Shown: positions 1-9,556 of the stretch, in pieces
How positions within the stretch are numbered: position 1 is the first letter of the stretch
Layout of the letters: the number at the start of each line of letters is the position of its first letter
From: Alphaproteobacteria bacterium
GTDB lineage: Bacteria > Pseudomonadota > Alphaproteobacteria > UBA7887
Length of the DNA stretch: 64,000 nt
Assembly: GCA_965216755.1 (NCBI GenBank)
Contig: CBDCGL010000011.1
Span: forward strand, 1,600,001-1,664,000
Reading direction: 5' to 3'
Notes under the pieces: generated by a model
Databases searched by the model: none
Seen by the model: only the letters and a program-made list of their open reading frames with translations
Told to the model about the DNA's origin: nothing
Program-made: the position numbers and the translations under genes

Positions 1-53
1 CCGACGCCGAATACGACCCGTCCGGGCTTGGCATCATAGGTGAAAGAGCGCAT
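1..53 (-). CDS. N-terminus of maleylacetate reductase / iron-containing alcohol dehydrogenase family protein (runs off the window)
   Basis: The minus strand from the ATG at 53 reads MRSFTYDAKPGRVVFGV, a typical P-x-R-V-V-F-G start for this family. GGAGG RBS lies upstream. Confidence 0.6.
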   Translation of the reverse strand, partial: MRSFTYDAKPGRVVFGV

Positions 54-320
54 ATGGTCCTCCCGACTTCCATTTGGCAGCATACCCGGGTTCCGGTGTC
101 ATTTTGTGCTCGTTTCTTGATTTGCGGCCATGCGTGAATCAGAGTCGCCCGGATGATGCAAAGGGTGCCTGTATCAAAAGCTACGCTTGCATACGTGACA
201 CAACGCATTTGACGTCGCGGCACCGGCGCGCACCATCTACAATTGCCGCGAAGCGGGGCTTCTGCAGCGACGTCAGCCAGGCCAGTGGGCACTCAAATGA
301 CACTCTTAGGGAGACAAACA

Positions 321-1241
321 ATGGGCAAGACCGTGCAGCATGTGATGGTCGCGGGTTACGGCACCATGGGTCAAGGGATCGCACGTTCGTTTGCGCAATC
401 CGGACTGTCAACCACCGTGCTCAGCCGGCGCGCCGGCCAACTGGCCGATTTGCCCGATAATATCAATGCCGTTGCGGATCTTCCCGAAACACCGCCTGAT
501 CTGATTATTGAGTCGGTCCCCGAAGATATCGACCTCAAAATCGAATTGCTGCGTCGTGTCGATGCCGCATATGGGCCGGATACGATTATTGGCACCAACA
601 CGTCGGGCTTGCCGATCACAGAATTGGCCGCGCCCTTGGTTCACCGCCAGCGATTTCTGGCGATTCACTACATGCACCCGGCGGATTCGATGCCCATGGT
701 CGAAATCGCCCGCGTCGCGGAAACCACCGACGACGTGGTCAACAGGTCGCGTGCCGCATTGGCCAAAGCCGGCAAGGATTCAGTTGTGCTCAATGAACCT
801 GTGGTCGGTTTTTTGATCAACCGGCTGCAACATGCGCTCTTTCATGAAGCCTATCATCTGATTGAGACGGGCGTTGTATCGGTCGAGGACGTGGACAAAG
901 TTGCGCGCAGATTGTTGGGCCCGCGCATGGCCGTAACTGGCATGCTGATGCAAAAGGATCTGAGTGGCTTGCAAACACATGCACGCGCGCATGGAACGAT
1001 TGTCCCGTATTTGTGTCACAAGGCCGAGGCGCACAATGTCGCGGCGCAGAAATTGCGCGACAATACTTTGGGCATTCGGACCGGCACGGGATTCTATGAT
1101 TGGCGCACCGTCGATATTGATAGGTACAAACAGGCCGTGGCTGAAAAGATTGGTCGGCTGATTGCCGCCCTCGACGATCGGCCGATTGCTATTCCGCCGC
1201 AGATGCCGTTGCCACCTCGGGAATCGTCAGAGCCCGATTGA
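321..1241 (+). CDS. 3-hydroxyacyl-CoA dehydrogenase family protein
   Basis: GYGTMG Rossmann motif; IESVPED..LK, TNTS, HYMHP, GFLINRLQ motifs; GGGAG RBS before the ATG at 321. Confidence 0.9.
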   Translation: MGKTVQHVMVAGYGTMGQGIARSFAQSGLSTTVLSRRAGQLADLPDNINAVADLPETPPDLIIESVPEDIDLKIELLRRVDAAYGPDTIIGTNTSGLPITELAAPLVHRQRFLAIHYMHPADSMPMVEIARVAETTDDVVNRSRAALAKAGKDSVVLNEPVVGFLINRLQHALFHEAYHLIETGVVSVEDVDKVARRLLGPRMAVTGMLMQKDLSGLQTHARAHGTIVPYLCHKAEAHNVAAQKLRDNTLGIRTGTGFYDWRTVDIDRYKQAVAEKIGRLIAALDDRPIAIPPQMPLPPRESSEPD

Positions 1242-2724
1242 GGGCCGCGCCACTGGGGTCAGCCAACGCGGCGCGCCGCGCCTCCGAAAGCGCGGCAATG
1301 GCGCGTTCGGGCGAAATCAAACCTCTGACAGCCGGCGCAATCAGCGTGTCATGAATTCGCGCATAGTTGCCACGGCCGCGTTGATCGGTCTCCCCGTAGC
1401 CCTTCACCAACCGTGCGCAAGCGGCAATCTGGAATGCCAACTCAGGTGAGATTTCGAACCCGCGCGCCACCGCGCTCAACCAGGTATCGATCCAACGCTG
1501 CTCGGCGGCGAAGCGATGGCCAAGACGGCGCAACGGTCGCAGGGAAGCCAAGGCGCGCAAGACGGCAAACCCGGCGACCCCAGAGCTGCGCACACGAAGC
1601 GGCAACCGCAGGCGCTCGGTCAACCCACGGCGTCTTGCCCAACTCAAGACCGGTACGGCAATGACGCCCGGCATCAGCGCGCAGAATTCTTCAATTCCCG
1701 GCTTCAAGAATTCGGTCACGATGAGCCGGTCATTGTCGCCAACACCGGCTTCGCCACGTATCGCCGCGAGTCGCGACACGTCTGCCTTGATTTGCGCGAC
1801 TCGAATGACATCCTCGTACGTCATGCGCAGTGCCAGGTGACGTGCGGTTTCAAGGAGAACGCGGTTGTCACCGGATGCCTCCAATAGGACGATCGGGGCC
1901 AGACGATCCAAAAAACGTCGGCCATAGCGAAAGTCTTGAAACGTCGCCGCGCGGGTTACGCCCAACCTTAAGACTTCTCTGACGGCGGCAGGGAATTCGT
2001 TGTCGATGCGATCCATCAGTTTGACAAGCGGTCTTTGGGTGGGCGCGGCCGCGGTTATCCGTTCAGAGGCGTCCACGGCCGCGTTGGAGGGCGACCTCTT
2101 GGCGAGTTTGAGCCCGGCTTCAAATCCAGCGAGATTGGATTCGACCGCGATGTCTGCCGCGCGTATGGCATCGGCGAATCTGCCTTCGGGAATCGGCAAT
2201 ACGCCGCTACCGGCGATCGCACCGAGCATGACCGCATTCATCGCACCGCCGCTCTCGGCCGCCGCGCGGCGGAGGTCGGTCAACACGCTATGCTTGGCCA
2301 TTTCTTGGGCGGCGGCGAGAACACGCTCGGACGACGCGCGGCCGTCACCCATGGCGGCGCGCTCCTCAATCGCAAAAACGCGGTGGGTCGAAGCAATCAA
2401 AGTCGTGCAGTCGGGCGTCACATAGCCGTTTTGAACCGCACGGCCGGCCTCGATCAATTCACTGGCGATCACGAGGTCGACCGTGCCGCCGATCGGGTAG
2501 AGCGCAAACACGGGCGCGCGTCCGCCCAGTTGTCCGCGATCGATCGGGAAGATCTCGATGTAATAGGTTGTCGCGCCCGTGCGCTGGGCCAGACCGGGTA
2601 TGGATGTGCCTTGGACCGGCAAATCGTGGGCCGAAGCGGCGGCGACCAACCATGACGCCAACACGCCACCGCCTTCGCCACCCATGGCGGCGATCAACAC
2701 CGACAGCGGTCGTGGCGCGGTCAT
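1189..2724 (-). CDS. iorB: Indolepyruvate ferredoxin oxidoreductase beta-family subunit with long C-terminal extension
   Basis: AMGGEGGG and PGLAQRTGAT motifs; start overlaps the alpha-subunit stop (ATGA). Confidence 0.85.
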   Translation of the reverse strand: MTAPRPLSVLIAAMGGEGGGVLASWLVAAASAHDLPVQGTSIPGLAQRTGATTYYIEIFPIDRGQLGGRAPVFALYPIGGTVDLVIASELIEAGRAVQNGYVTPDCTTLIASTHRVFAIEERAAMGDGRASSERVLAAAQEMAKHSVLTDLRRAAAESGGAMNAVMLGAIAGSGVLPIPEGRFADAIRAADIAVESNLAGFEAGLKLAKRSPSNAAVDASERITAAAPTQRPLVKLMDRIDNEFPAAVREVLRLGVTRAATFQDFRYGRRFLDRLAPIVLLEASGDNRVLLETARHLALRMTYEDVIRVAQIKADVSRLAAIRGEAGVGDNDRLIVTEFLKPGIEEFCALMPGVIAVPVLSWARRRGLTERLRLPLRVRSSGVAGFAVLRALASLRPLRRLGHRFAAEQRWIDTWLSAVARGFEISPELAFQIAACARLVKGYGETDQRGRGNYARIHDTLIAPAVRGLISPERAIAALSEARRAALADPSGAALNRALTIPEVATASAAE

Positions 2725-4850
2725 GTCGCGGTTCGCGGCGCCAGGAAGCGAATGGCTTTTTGGCGCAAGGATTCCAGCCGCATCTCCCAAGCCCGGCCAT
2801 TGCGCACCACATCGGCGCGATAGAAAGACGGGCACAAGGCCGCCACATCGGCAACCGCACCGCATAAACCGCAACCAACGCAGTCATTGTTCACATGCGC
2901 AACTGGATCACTGCACAGCGGATCCGGATTGGCCTTGATGGTCAGTGACGGACAACCTGAAAGCCTGATGCACGAATGATCGCCGGTGCATACTTTCTCG
3001 TCGACACCGAACCGCGTGGTGGTCACCCGCTCTCCGGCCGCGACTTGTTTCCGAATCTGGGGTCGAAGGCGCCGTTGCCGCGCCAACTGACATTCACCGT
3101 CGGCGATAATCACTTTGAGACCGCGTGTTGCTGTGGTCATCGCGTCACGCAGAGTGCGCACCATGCGCCGTACATCGTATGTACGGACCTTGCGTATCCA
3201 TTCGACGCCAACGCCCTTGAGTGCGCTTTCAATCGTCATACCCATCGGCGCGCCGGCGCGATGCTGGCGACTCGACGGCAGATACTGCCACCCTGTCGCC
3301 GAGGTATAACCGTTGTTCATGATCACCAAGACAGAGTCGTCTTTGTTAAAATGGGCGCTGGCGATTCCGGACGTCAGGCCATTGTGCCAGAAGCCGCCGT
3401 CGCCCATTATGCTTACCACCCGTTTGTCGAAGCTTGGCGCGACGCCTGTTGAACTGGCCAACCCCAGTCCATAGCCGAGCACCGTATTGCCGAGATTGAA
3501 TGGCGGCAAAGTCGATATTGTATGGCAACCAATGTCAGCGCTAATATGTGTTGGACCAAACTCTTTCTCAGAGATCTTGATGGCGCTGAACACAGGCCGT
3601 TCGGGACAGCCGGTACAAAAGCTTGGCGGCCGGCCCGGCATCGTCGCACCTAAGAGCGCGGTGGCCTTTTCCCTGTCGGCGGCCGCCCGGTCGACTTTCT
3701 CCACAGCCAGAGAGTGCGTGTCTGACGGTGCGACTTGTTCCAAGAACCTGCGCACGCCGGCGATGACGACCTCACCGGTATACTCGCCCGCCATGGGCAG
3801 AAAATTCTTGCCATGAACTTTGGTTTGCAAGTCTGCTTTGCGCAGCACCACGTGCACGGCCTGTTCCAGATAGTCGGGATTGCCCTCCTCAACCACCAAT
3901 ACCGCCCGCTTGCCAGCACAAAACGCCTGGATTTCCGTCGGCACAACCGGATAGGTGACGTTCATCACATAGAGCGGAATCTGCGTTGCGCCGAAAACGT
4001 CCGCCCAACCCAGCCGCTCCAGCGCCCTGACGACCGTGTTGTAGAGACCACCCTGCAAGATGATGCCGATATCATCGCGGGTACCGGAGAAAACCTCATT
4101 GAGTTTGTTATCGGCGATGAACCTCTCGGCCGCCGGCAACCGTGTCTCGACTTTGAGTTTTTCTTGCGCATAGGTCGCCGGCGGTAGGCATATGCGTGCA
4201 TAGTCGAAATCCGGTTGCGCCAGCATCTGCTTTCGGGAGATGGCCGGCGCTTGATTGTCCTTGCACGTAAAGCGCCCGGTGACATGGCACGCGCGGATGC
4301 GCAGTTCTAACATGACTGGCAGATTGCTGGCTTCCGACAAGGCAAAGCCTTGCTCGACCATGCGCACGATGGTCGGAAGATCCGGGCGCGGGTCCAATAG
4401 GCAAATTGACGATTTCAACGCAAAGGCGTGGCTGCGCTCCTGAATGATGCTGGCGCCCTCGCCATAGTCCTCGCCGATCACGATCATGGCCCCGCCCATG
4501 ACCCCTGCCGAAGCCAAATTGGACAAAGCGTCCGACGCCACATTGGTGCCAACCACCGATTTCCACGTCACAGCACCGCGCATCGGATAGTTGATCGACG
4601 CGCCGAGCATCGCCGCAGCCGCCGCCTCGCTGGTTGGCGTTTCAAGATGCACACCCAGCTCATCGAGCAAATGAGCGGCATCGACCATCACGTCCAGCAA
4701 ATGAGATACCGGCGACCCCTGATAACCACCGATGTAACTCACGCCCGACTGCAAAAGCGCCTTGGTGACAGCCAGGATCCCTTCGCCCTCGAAAATCTCC
4801 CCGTCGCCACGCCGCAGGGTCTCGACTTCACGCTTAAATGATCGTTCCAT
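2721..4850 (-). CDS. iorA: Indolepyruvate ferredoxin oxidoreductase alpha subunit
   Basis: GYQGSP, RPPSFCTGCP, DIGC, TPP-binding GDGGFWH..NN, and C-terminal ferredoxin cysteines (CTGDHSC..GCP; CVGCGLC). Confidence 0.92.
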   Translation of the reverse strand: MERSFKREVETLRRGDGEIFEGEGILAVTKALLQSGVSYIGGYQGSPVSHLLDVMVDAAHLLDELGVHLETPTSEAAAAAMLGASINYPMRGAVTWKSVVGTNVASDALSNLASAGVMGGAMIVIGEDYGEGASIIQERSHAFALKSSICLLDPRPDLPTIVRMVEQGFALSEASNLPVMLELRIRACHVTGRFTCKDNQAPAISRKQMLAQPDFDYARICLPPATYAQEKLKVETRLPAAERFIADNKLNEVFSGTRDDIGIILQGGLYNTVVRALERLGWADVFGATQIPLYVMNVTYPVVPTEIQAFCAGKRAVLVVEEGNPDYLEQAVHVVLRKADLQTKVHGKNFLPMAGEYTGEVVIAGVRRFLEQVAPSDTHSLAVEKVDRAAADREKATALLGATMPGRPPSFCTGCPERPVFSAIKISEKEFGPTHISADIGCHTISTLPPFNLGNTVLGYGLGLASSTGVAPSFDKRVVSIMGDGGFWHNGLTSGIASAHFNKDDSVLVIMNNGYTSATGWQYLPSSRQHRAGAPMGMTIESALKGVGVEWIRKVRTYDVRRMVRTLRDAMTTATRGLKVIIADGECQLARQRRLRPQIRKQVAAGERVTTTRFGVDEKVCTGDHSCIRLSGCPSLTIKANPDPLCSDPVAHVNNDCVGCGLCGAVADVAALCPSFYRADVVRNGRAWEMRLESLRQKAIRFLAPRTAT

Positions 4851-4949
4851 GGGCGAATTCCCTCCGTCAGGCTAGTATAGCCGATCTCATCACGCCGTCG
4901 CGGGGTCGCCGCGCGCCGGCACTGACCCACACCGCGAGGAGAGAACCCC

Positions 4950-5648
4950 GTGATCGACCTTTATTACTGGCCGACGCCGAATGGCTGGAAAATCACCGTC
5001 ATGCTGGAAGAAGTCGGGCTACCCTACAACGTCATTCCGGTCGATATATCAAAGGGCGATCAGTTCAATCCGGAATTCCTGAAGATCAGCCCCAACAACA
5101 AGATGCCCGCCATCGTCGATCCTGAAGGGCCAGACGGTAAACCGATCTCCATATTCGAGTCCGGCGCGATCATGATTTATCTCGGCGACAAGACCGGCAA
5201 ATTGCTGCCACAGGAACCGCGCGCCCGTTACAAGGTTTTCGAGTGGCTGATGTTCCAAATGGGCACAGTGGGCCCGATGCTCGGCCAAACCCATCATTTC
5301 CGCACCTACGCGCCTGAAAAAATCGAATATGCAATCAACCGCTACACGAATGAAGCGAGCCGGATCTACAACGTGATCGACAATCGGTTGGCAGAAAGTG
5401 AGTGGCTCGCCGACGACTATTCGATTGCGGATATTGCCACGTGGTGCTGGCTGCTCGGCGAACGCCAAGGCCAGAATTTCGACGACTACCCCAATCTCAG
5501 TCGCTGGCGGAACGTGATGAAGGGGCGGCCGGCCGTACGCAAGGGCCGCGACGTCATGCGCGACGCGACCAAACCAGTTTCTGAACTGACCAAAGACAAG
5601 GAACGCTTCGAAATCCTTTTCGGCAGTAAACAATATGCAAAAAGGTGA
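4950..5648 (+). CDS. Glutathione S-transferase, YfcG/YghU-like (GSH-dependent disulfide oxidoreductase)
   Basis: TPNGWK, SPNNKMPAIVD, FESGAI and YSIADIA motifs; GAGGAG RBS. Confidence 0.9.
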   Translation: MIDLYYWPTPNGWKITVMLEEVGLPYNVIPVDISKGDQFNPEFLKISPNNKMPAIVDPEGPDGKPISIFESGAIMIYLGDKTGKLLPQEPRARYKVFEWLMFQMGTVGPMLGQTHHFRTYAPEKIEYAINRYTNEASRIYNVIDNRLAESEWLADDYSIADIATWCWLLGERQGQNFDDYPNLSRWRNVMKGRPAVRKGRDVMRDATKPVSELTKDKERFEILFGSKQYAKR

Positions 5649-5784
5649 AAAACTCGGGTGATGTTGGCGCATTGTCGTATCCGGACTGGTTCATCTCGTG
5701 ACACAGCATTAGAGCGCGCCAGAAGGCTAAAGGCGGCGACCGACCGCGGGTTTCGCAACAAGACGATCGAGAAGGAATATATTC

Positions 5785-6687
5785 ATGGCAAGCCATACGA
5801 CAGGGGACGGCGGCATCCCGCCTCGAGACGCGAACGAACGCGGCTTAACGCGGGTCATGACTCTTGGCGGTGCCTACGGCACACGCAACTACACGGTCAA
5901 AGGACTGCGCGACCAAAAGGGCAAAAAGCTTCTGGTTGAGACCCTACCGTTTTCGCCGGAGGAGGCCGCGGCCGCCGAGGAGGCCGGAATCGACACCATG
6001 AAAGCGCGGTTCGACCCGGCCGCGCCGGACTCAGCAGCCGAGATTCGGCGCGCCGCGCCCAACACCTTTATGGCTTTTTCGGTACCCTTGGTGGCGGCTG
6101 CCACGGCCGATGAAGCGGTGCGCATTGGCTACCAAGCGATGGCAATCGGCGCGGATGCTGTTATGACACAGTGGAGCCCCCGCTTTATTGCCGCGGCCGC
6201 CGAGGCCGGCATTCCGGTGCAGGGTCACGCGGGTTTGGTACCGCGCAAGAGCACGTGGACCGGAGGTCTGCGTGCGGTCGGCAAGAACATTGACGAAGCC
6301 ATGTGGGTCTACCAGCAGATTAAAACGTTTGAGTCAGCCGGCGCCTACGCAGTCGAGGTCGAAGTTATCCCCGAGGCGCTGCTGGTTGAAATCAGCAAAC
6401 GCACGACGCTGTTGACCTCGTCGATTGGCGGCGGCAGCGGCGGCGACATTCAATTCCTGTTTGCCGACGATATTCTCGGCAACAACGCCCCGCCGTACCC
6501 GCGCCACTCTAAGCAATATCGTCACCTGTACAAACTCAAAGAACAGATGCAGGCCGAACGAATCAGTGCTTTCAAGGAGTTCGTTGCTGACGTTCGGCAG
6601 GGCGCTTTCCCGGCGGCCGAACATGTGATCAAGGCGCCAGACGGCCTGGTTGGCGCATTTGTTGATGCGGTTGACGGCGCAGTATAG
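5785..6687 (+). CDS. Divergent ketopantoate hydroxymethyltransferase (PanB)-like protein
   Basis: AEEAGID, GIPVQGHAGLVP, AGAYAVEVE, SIGGG..D.Q, F..DVRQGAFP follow the PanB pattern, but the LVGDS and DMPF motifs are missing. Confidence 0.75.
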   Translation: MASHTTGDGGIPPRDANERGLTRVMTLGGAYGTRNYTVKGLRDQKGKKLLVETLPFSPEEAAAAEEAGIDTMKARFDPAAPDSAAEIRRAAPNTFMAFSVPLVAAATADEAVRIGYQAMAIGADAVMTQWSPRFIAAAAEAGIPVQGHAGLVPRKSTWTGGLRAVGKNIDEAMWVYQQIKTFESAGAYAVEVEVIPEALLVEISKRTTLLTSSIGGGSGGDIQFLFADDILGNNAPPYPRHSKQYRHLYKLKEQMQAERISAFKEFVADVRQGAFPAAEHVIKAPDGLVGAFVDAVDGAV

Positions 6688-6800
6688 CACTGCGGCTATG
6701 GCGCAATTTGCCGCGGTTCGTTCGCAATTTGAGTCGCTAACGCCACAATGATGGGCGACTGCGCACGGCGCGTATCGCGTAAAGTTTCAGGTGCACCCCA

Positions 6801-7085
6801 ATGGAAGACCAAAGGCACGCCACACTCGGTGTTATCAGTTTTGGCCTCGCTTTCGGCATGAGCGGTGTCATCGTCACCGTCGTGCTTGGCTTGTCGGCAT
6901 GGCTGGCGAGCTGGGGCGTCACCGTGGTGCAAGTCCTAGGTTCTCTGTTCCTGGGCTACGGTCCGAGTTTCGTCGGCATTGTTGCTGGCGCGGTGTGGGC
7001 GTTCTTTGATGGCTTTGTTCTCGGTGTCCTGATCGCCTGGTTCTATAACCGGTTTCTGCTGCGCCGACAGCGGCACGTGTCCTAG
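6801..7085 (+). CDS. Small membrane protein of the family often auto-annotated 'bacteriophage holin'
   Basis: 94 aa and hydrophobic, with a GY.PS..G...G..WAF.DG...G.LIAW.YN signature. Confidence 0.7.
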   Translation: MEDQRHATLGVISFGLAFGMSGVIVTVVLGLSAWLASWGVTVVQVLGSLFLGYGPSFVGIVAGAVWAFFDGFVLGVLIAWFYNRFLLRRQRHVS

Positions 7086-7097
7086 CGAGATCCGATC

Positions 7098-8966
7098 TCA
7101 ATTCACGGCCCGAACCACCGCAGCTTCACCCTGCGCCGGGCCCAAACATGCCTCGATCTCCGCACGGCTTAAGGTTTCCTTGGCCTCAAGTTCGGCAACG
7201 AGACGCTCCATCTCCGGGCGATGTTCGCGAATTTGGGTTGCCGCACGCTCACCCGCCTCGGCAAGCAATTTGCGCACGGCTTCGTCGACTTCATGAGCCG
7301 TGGTTTCACTAAATCGACGCGGTTGCGCGATTTCCCGTCCCAAGAACGGATGTTCCTCACTTTGGCGCAGATCGATGGGGCCAATCGTGTCAGACATGCC
7401 CCAACGCGCGACCATCGCGCGGGCCAATTGCGTCGCCTGGCGAATATCGTCGTCCGCCCCAGATGAGACGTTGCCGAGAAGCTCATCTTCCGCGGTGCGC
7501 CCGCCAAGCATCACGGCAAGTCGATCGCGCAAATAGTCCTCGGGCAACGTATGACGCTCCTCCTCCGGTAGCATATGCGTGCCGCCGAGCGCGCGCCCGC
7601 GCGGAATAATGGTCACTTTGTAGAGCGCGTCGGCCTTGGGCAGAAAATGCGCGGTGACGGTGTGCCCCGCTTCGTGCACCGCCAATCGATGCCGCTCCTC
7701 CGGCAAAATGGCGAGCGTGCGGACCGCGCCCATCATGACTTTGTCGCGCATGTCGTCAAAATGGCGCGCGGTCACCGCGTCGGCGCCATCGCGCGCGGAC
7801 GCCATCGCCGCTTCGTTGACGAGATTCTTGAGATCGGCGCCAGAAAACCCCGGTGTGCCCGCTGCGAGAAGGCCGAGATCGACGTCCTTGGCCAGTGGCA
7901 CCTCGCGCACATGGACTTTGAGAATTTCCTCGCGCGCCTTTTTGTCCGGCAGTTCCAACGTCGCATGCCGATCAAATCGGCCCGGTCGCAGCAGCGCGGG
8001 GTCGAGCACATCGGGTCGATTGGTGGCCGCCAGCACGATCACGGTCTCACGACCGGTAAATCCGTCGAGCTCGGACAATATCTGATTCAGAGTCTGCTCG
8101 CGCTCGTCGTGGCCACCGCCAAATCCCGCGCCGCGGACGCGGCCGACAGCATCCAATTCGTCGATGAAGATAATGGCCGGCGCCCGTTTCTTCGCCTCGT
8201 CGAACATTTTGCGCACCCGCGACGCACCTACGCCGACGAACATTTCGATGAACTCCGATGCCGAGATATGGAAAAATGGCACGCCGGCTTCACCAGCAAG
8301 AGCGCGAGCCAGCAACGTTTTTCCTGTGCCGGGTGGGCCGACCAGCAGCACACCACGGGGCGGTTCTGCCCCGAGCTTGCGATAACGTTCTGGCGTGCGC
8401 AAAAAATCGACGAGCTCGGAGACCTCCTTTTTTGCATTGTCCTGGCCGGCAACATCGGCAAACGTGACCTTTTTTTGGCCCTTTTCCTCTTTCTTCGCGG
8501 AACCGGACAGAAAGTCGCCAAGATCGCGGCCGCCAAGTCGCCCGACCATGTTCTTTTGCATCCGGCTCCAAAACCAGAAATAGAGACCCAAGAAAAAGAG
8601 CCATGGCAAAAGGGCGGAAAACCATCCAAGGCCCCCATCTGCACCTGGTAAGTTCTCGATCTCGACGCCGAATTCCTCCAGATGCGGCAGCAATGTCGGG
8701 TCACCCACCTCTGGCAGCCTGGTCCGGATCTGCCGGACCGCGGTTGCCGTGTCTCCAACCACCTGTGGTTGGGTCAGCTCTGCCGTCGCCTCATTGCCTC
8801 GCAGTGCGACCTTCGCGACTTTGCCTGTTGAGACCAACGACTTGAACTGGGAATAGGTGACAGCCGCGCCCGACTCAATCTCTGCCTGTTGAGCCCCGTA
8901 GAACAGGGTGAGCAACACGACAGCGCCGACTAGGGCGGCCAATAGCCAGGACGGCGTTCGATTCAT
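7098..8966 (-). CDS. ftsH: ATP-dependent zinc metalloprotease FtsH
   Basis: Two TM segments, Walker A GPPGTGKT, Walker B IFIDELD, SRH motif [24 protein letters not shown] zinc motif; AAGGA RBS before the ATG at 8966. Confidence 0.97.
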   Translation of the reverse strand: MNRTPSWLLAALVGAVVLLTLFYGAQQAEIESGAAVTYSQFKSLVSTGKVAKVALRGNEATAELTQPQVVGDTATAVRQIRTRLPEVGDPTLLPHLEEFGVEIENLPGADGGLGWFSALLPWLFFLGLYFWFWSRMQKNMVGRLGGRDLGDFLSGSAKKEEKGQKKVTFADVAGQDNAKKEVSELVDFLRTPERYRKLGAEPPRGVLLVGPPGTGKTLLARALAGEAGVPFFHISASEFIEMFVGVGASRVRKMFDEAKKRAPAIIFIDELDAVGRVRGAGFGGGHDEREQTLNQILSELDGFTGRETVIVLAATNRPDVLDPALLRPGRFDRHATLELPDKKAREEILKVHVREVPLAKDVDLGLLAAGTPGFSGADLKNLVNEAAMASARDGADAVTARHFDDMRDKVMMGAVRTLAILPEERHRLAVHEAGHTVTAHFLPKADALYKVTIIPRGRALGGTHMLPEEERHTLPEDYLRDRLAVMLGGRTAEDELLGNVSSGADDDIRQATQLARAMVARWGMSDTIGPIDLRQSEEHPFLGREIAQPRRFSETTAHEVDEAVRKLLAEAGERAATQIREHRPEMERLVAELEAKETLSRAEIEACLGPAQGEAAVVRAVN

Positions 8967-9052
8967 AGCGTCCTTCCAATCCACGGCAGGCGCTTTTCGG
9001 CAATCTTATCCATTTCAGCCCCCTTTTCTATCCCGCTGAGCGCCCCGATTGG

Positions 9053-9066
9053 TTGATCTGAATTAC
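9053..9066. promoter_or_regulatory. Imperfect FNR/FixK-like box between divergent ftsH and archease
   Basis: TTGATctgaATTAC versus TTGAT-N4-ATCAA (2 mismatches). Confidence 0.35.
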
Positions 9067-9103
9067 AGTTCTGGATCATGACACGTGCGACCATGCAGTC
9101 CCC

Positions 9104-9544
9104 ATGATCAAGCAATCATCCGGCAAGTTGCCGCGCTGGGAGCATTTTCCCCACGATGCGGACATCGGCGTGAGAGGCGTTGGCGCAACCAAGCCCGATG
9201 CGCTGGCCCAAGTCGCGTTGGCGATGACCGCTGCCGTCACGGATCCCAGCCATATCGAACCGCGGGATCGCGTAGACATTCAATTTCGGCACGGTGATGA
9301 CTCACTGCTTTTGTACGACTGGCTCAATGCACTCGTCTTCGAAATGGCGGTCCGTTCCATGTTGTTCAGCCGCTTTGACATCGTCCTTGAAGCGGATCGC
9401 CTAACGGCAACCGTTTGGGGCGAATCCGTAGATCCTGACCGGCATCAGCCGGCCGCCGAAATCAAAGGCGCAACCTTCACCGGATTGCGGCTTGAACCAG
9501 ATGCGGACGGCCACTGGATCGCCGAGTGCGTCGTGGACGTTTGA
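9104..9544 (+). CDS. Archease (RtcB activator)
   Basis: WEHFPHDADIG, L.DWLNALVF, EIKGATF and terminal VVDV; 12 bp upstream of rtcB. Confidence 0.93.
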   Translation: MIKQSSGKLPRWEHFPHDADIGVRGVGATKPDALAQVALAMTAAVTDPSHIEPRDRVDIQFRHGDDSLLLYDWLNALVFEMAVRSMLFSRFDIVLEADRLTATVWGESVDPDRHQPAAEIKGATFTGLRLEPDADGHWIAECVVDV

Positions 9545-9556
9545 TCGCGGGGCGCC

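Noticed and set aside
1189-1241. 53-bp convergent overlap (and a 37-bp one at 61894-61930)
   Set aside because: Short 3' overlaps of low-complexity tails are common in GC-rich genomes, and there is no evidence of function.
6801-7085. Holin as evidence of a prophage
   Set aside because: There is no endolysin, integrase, terminase or structural gene in the window.
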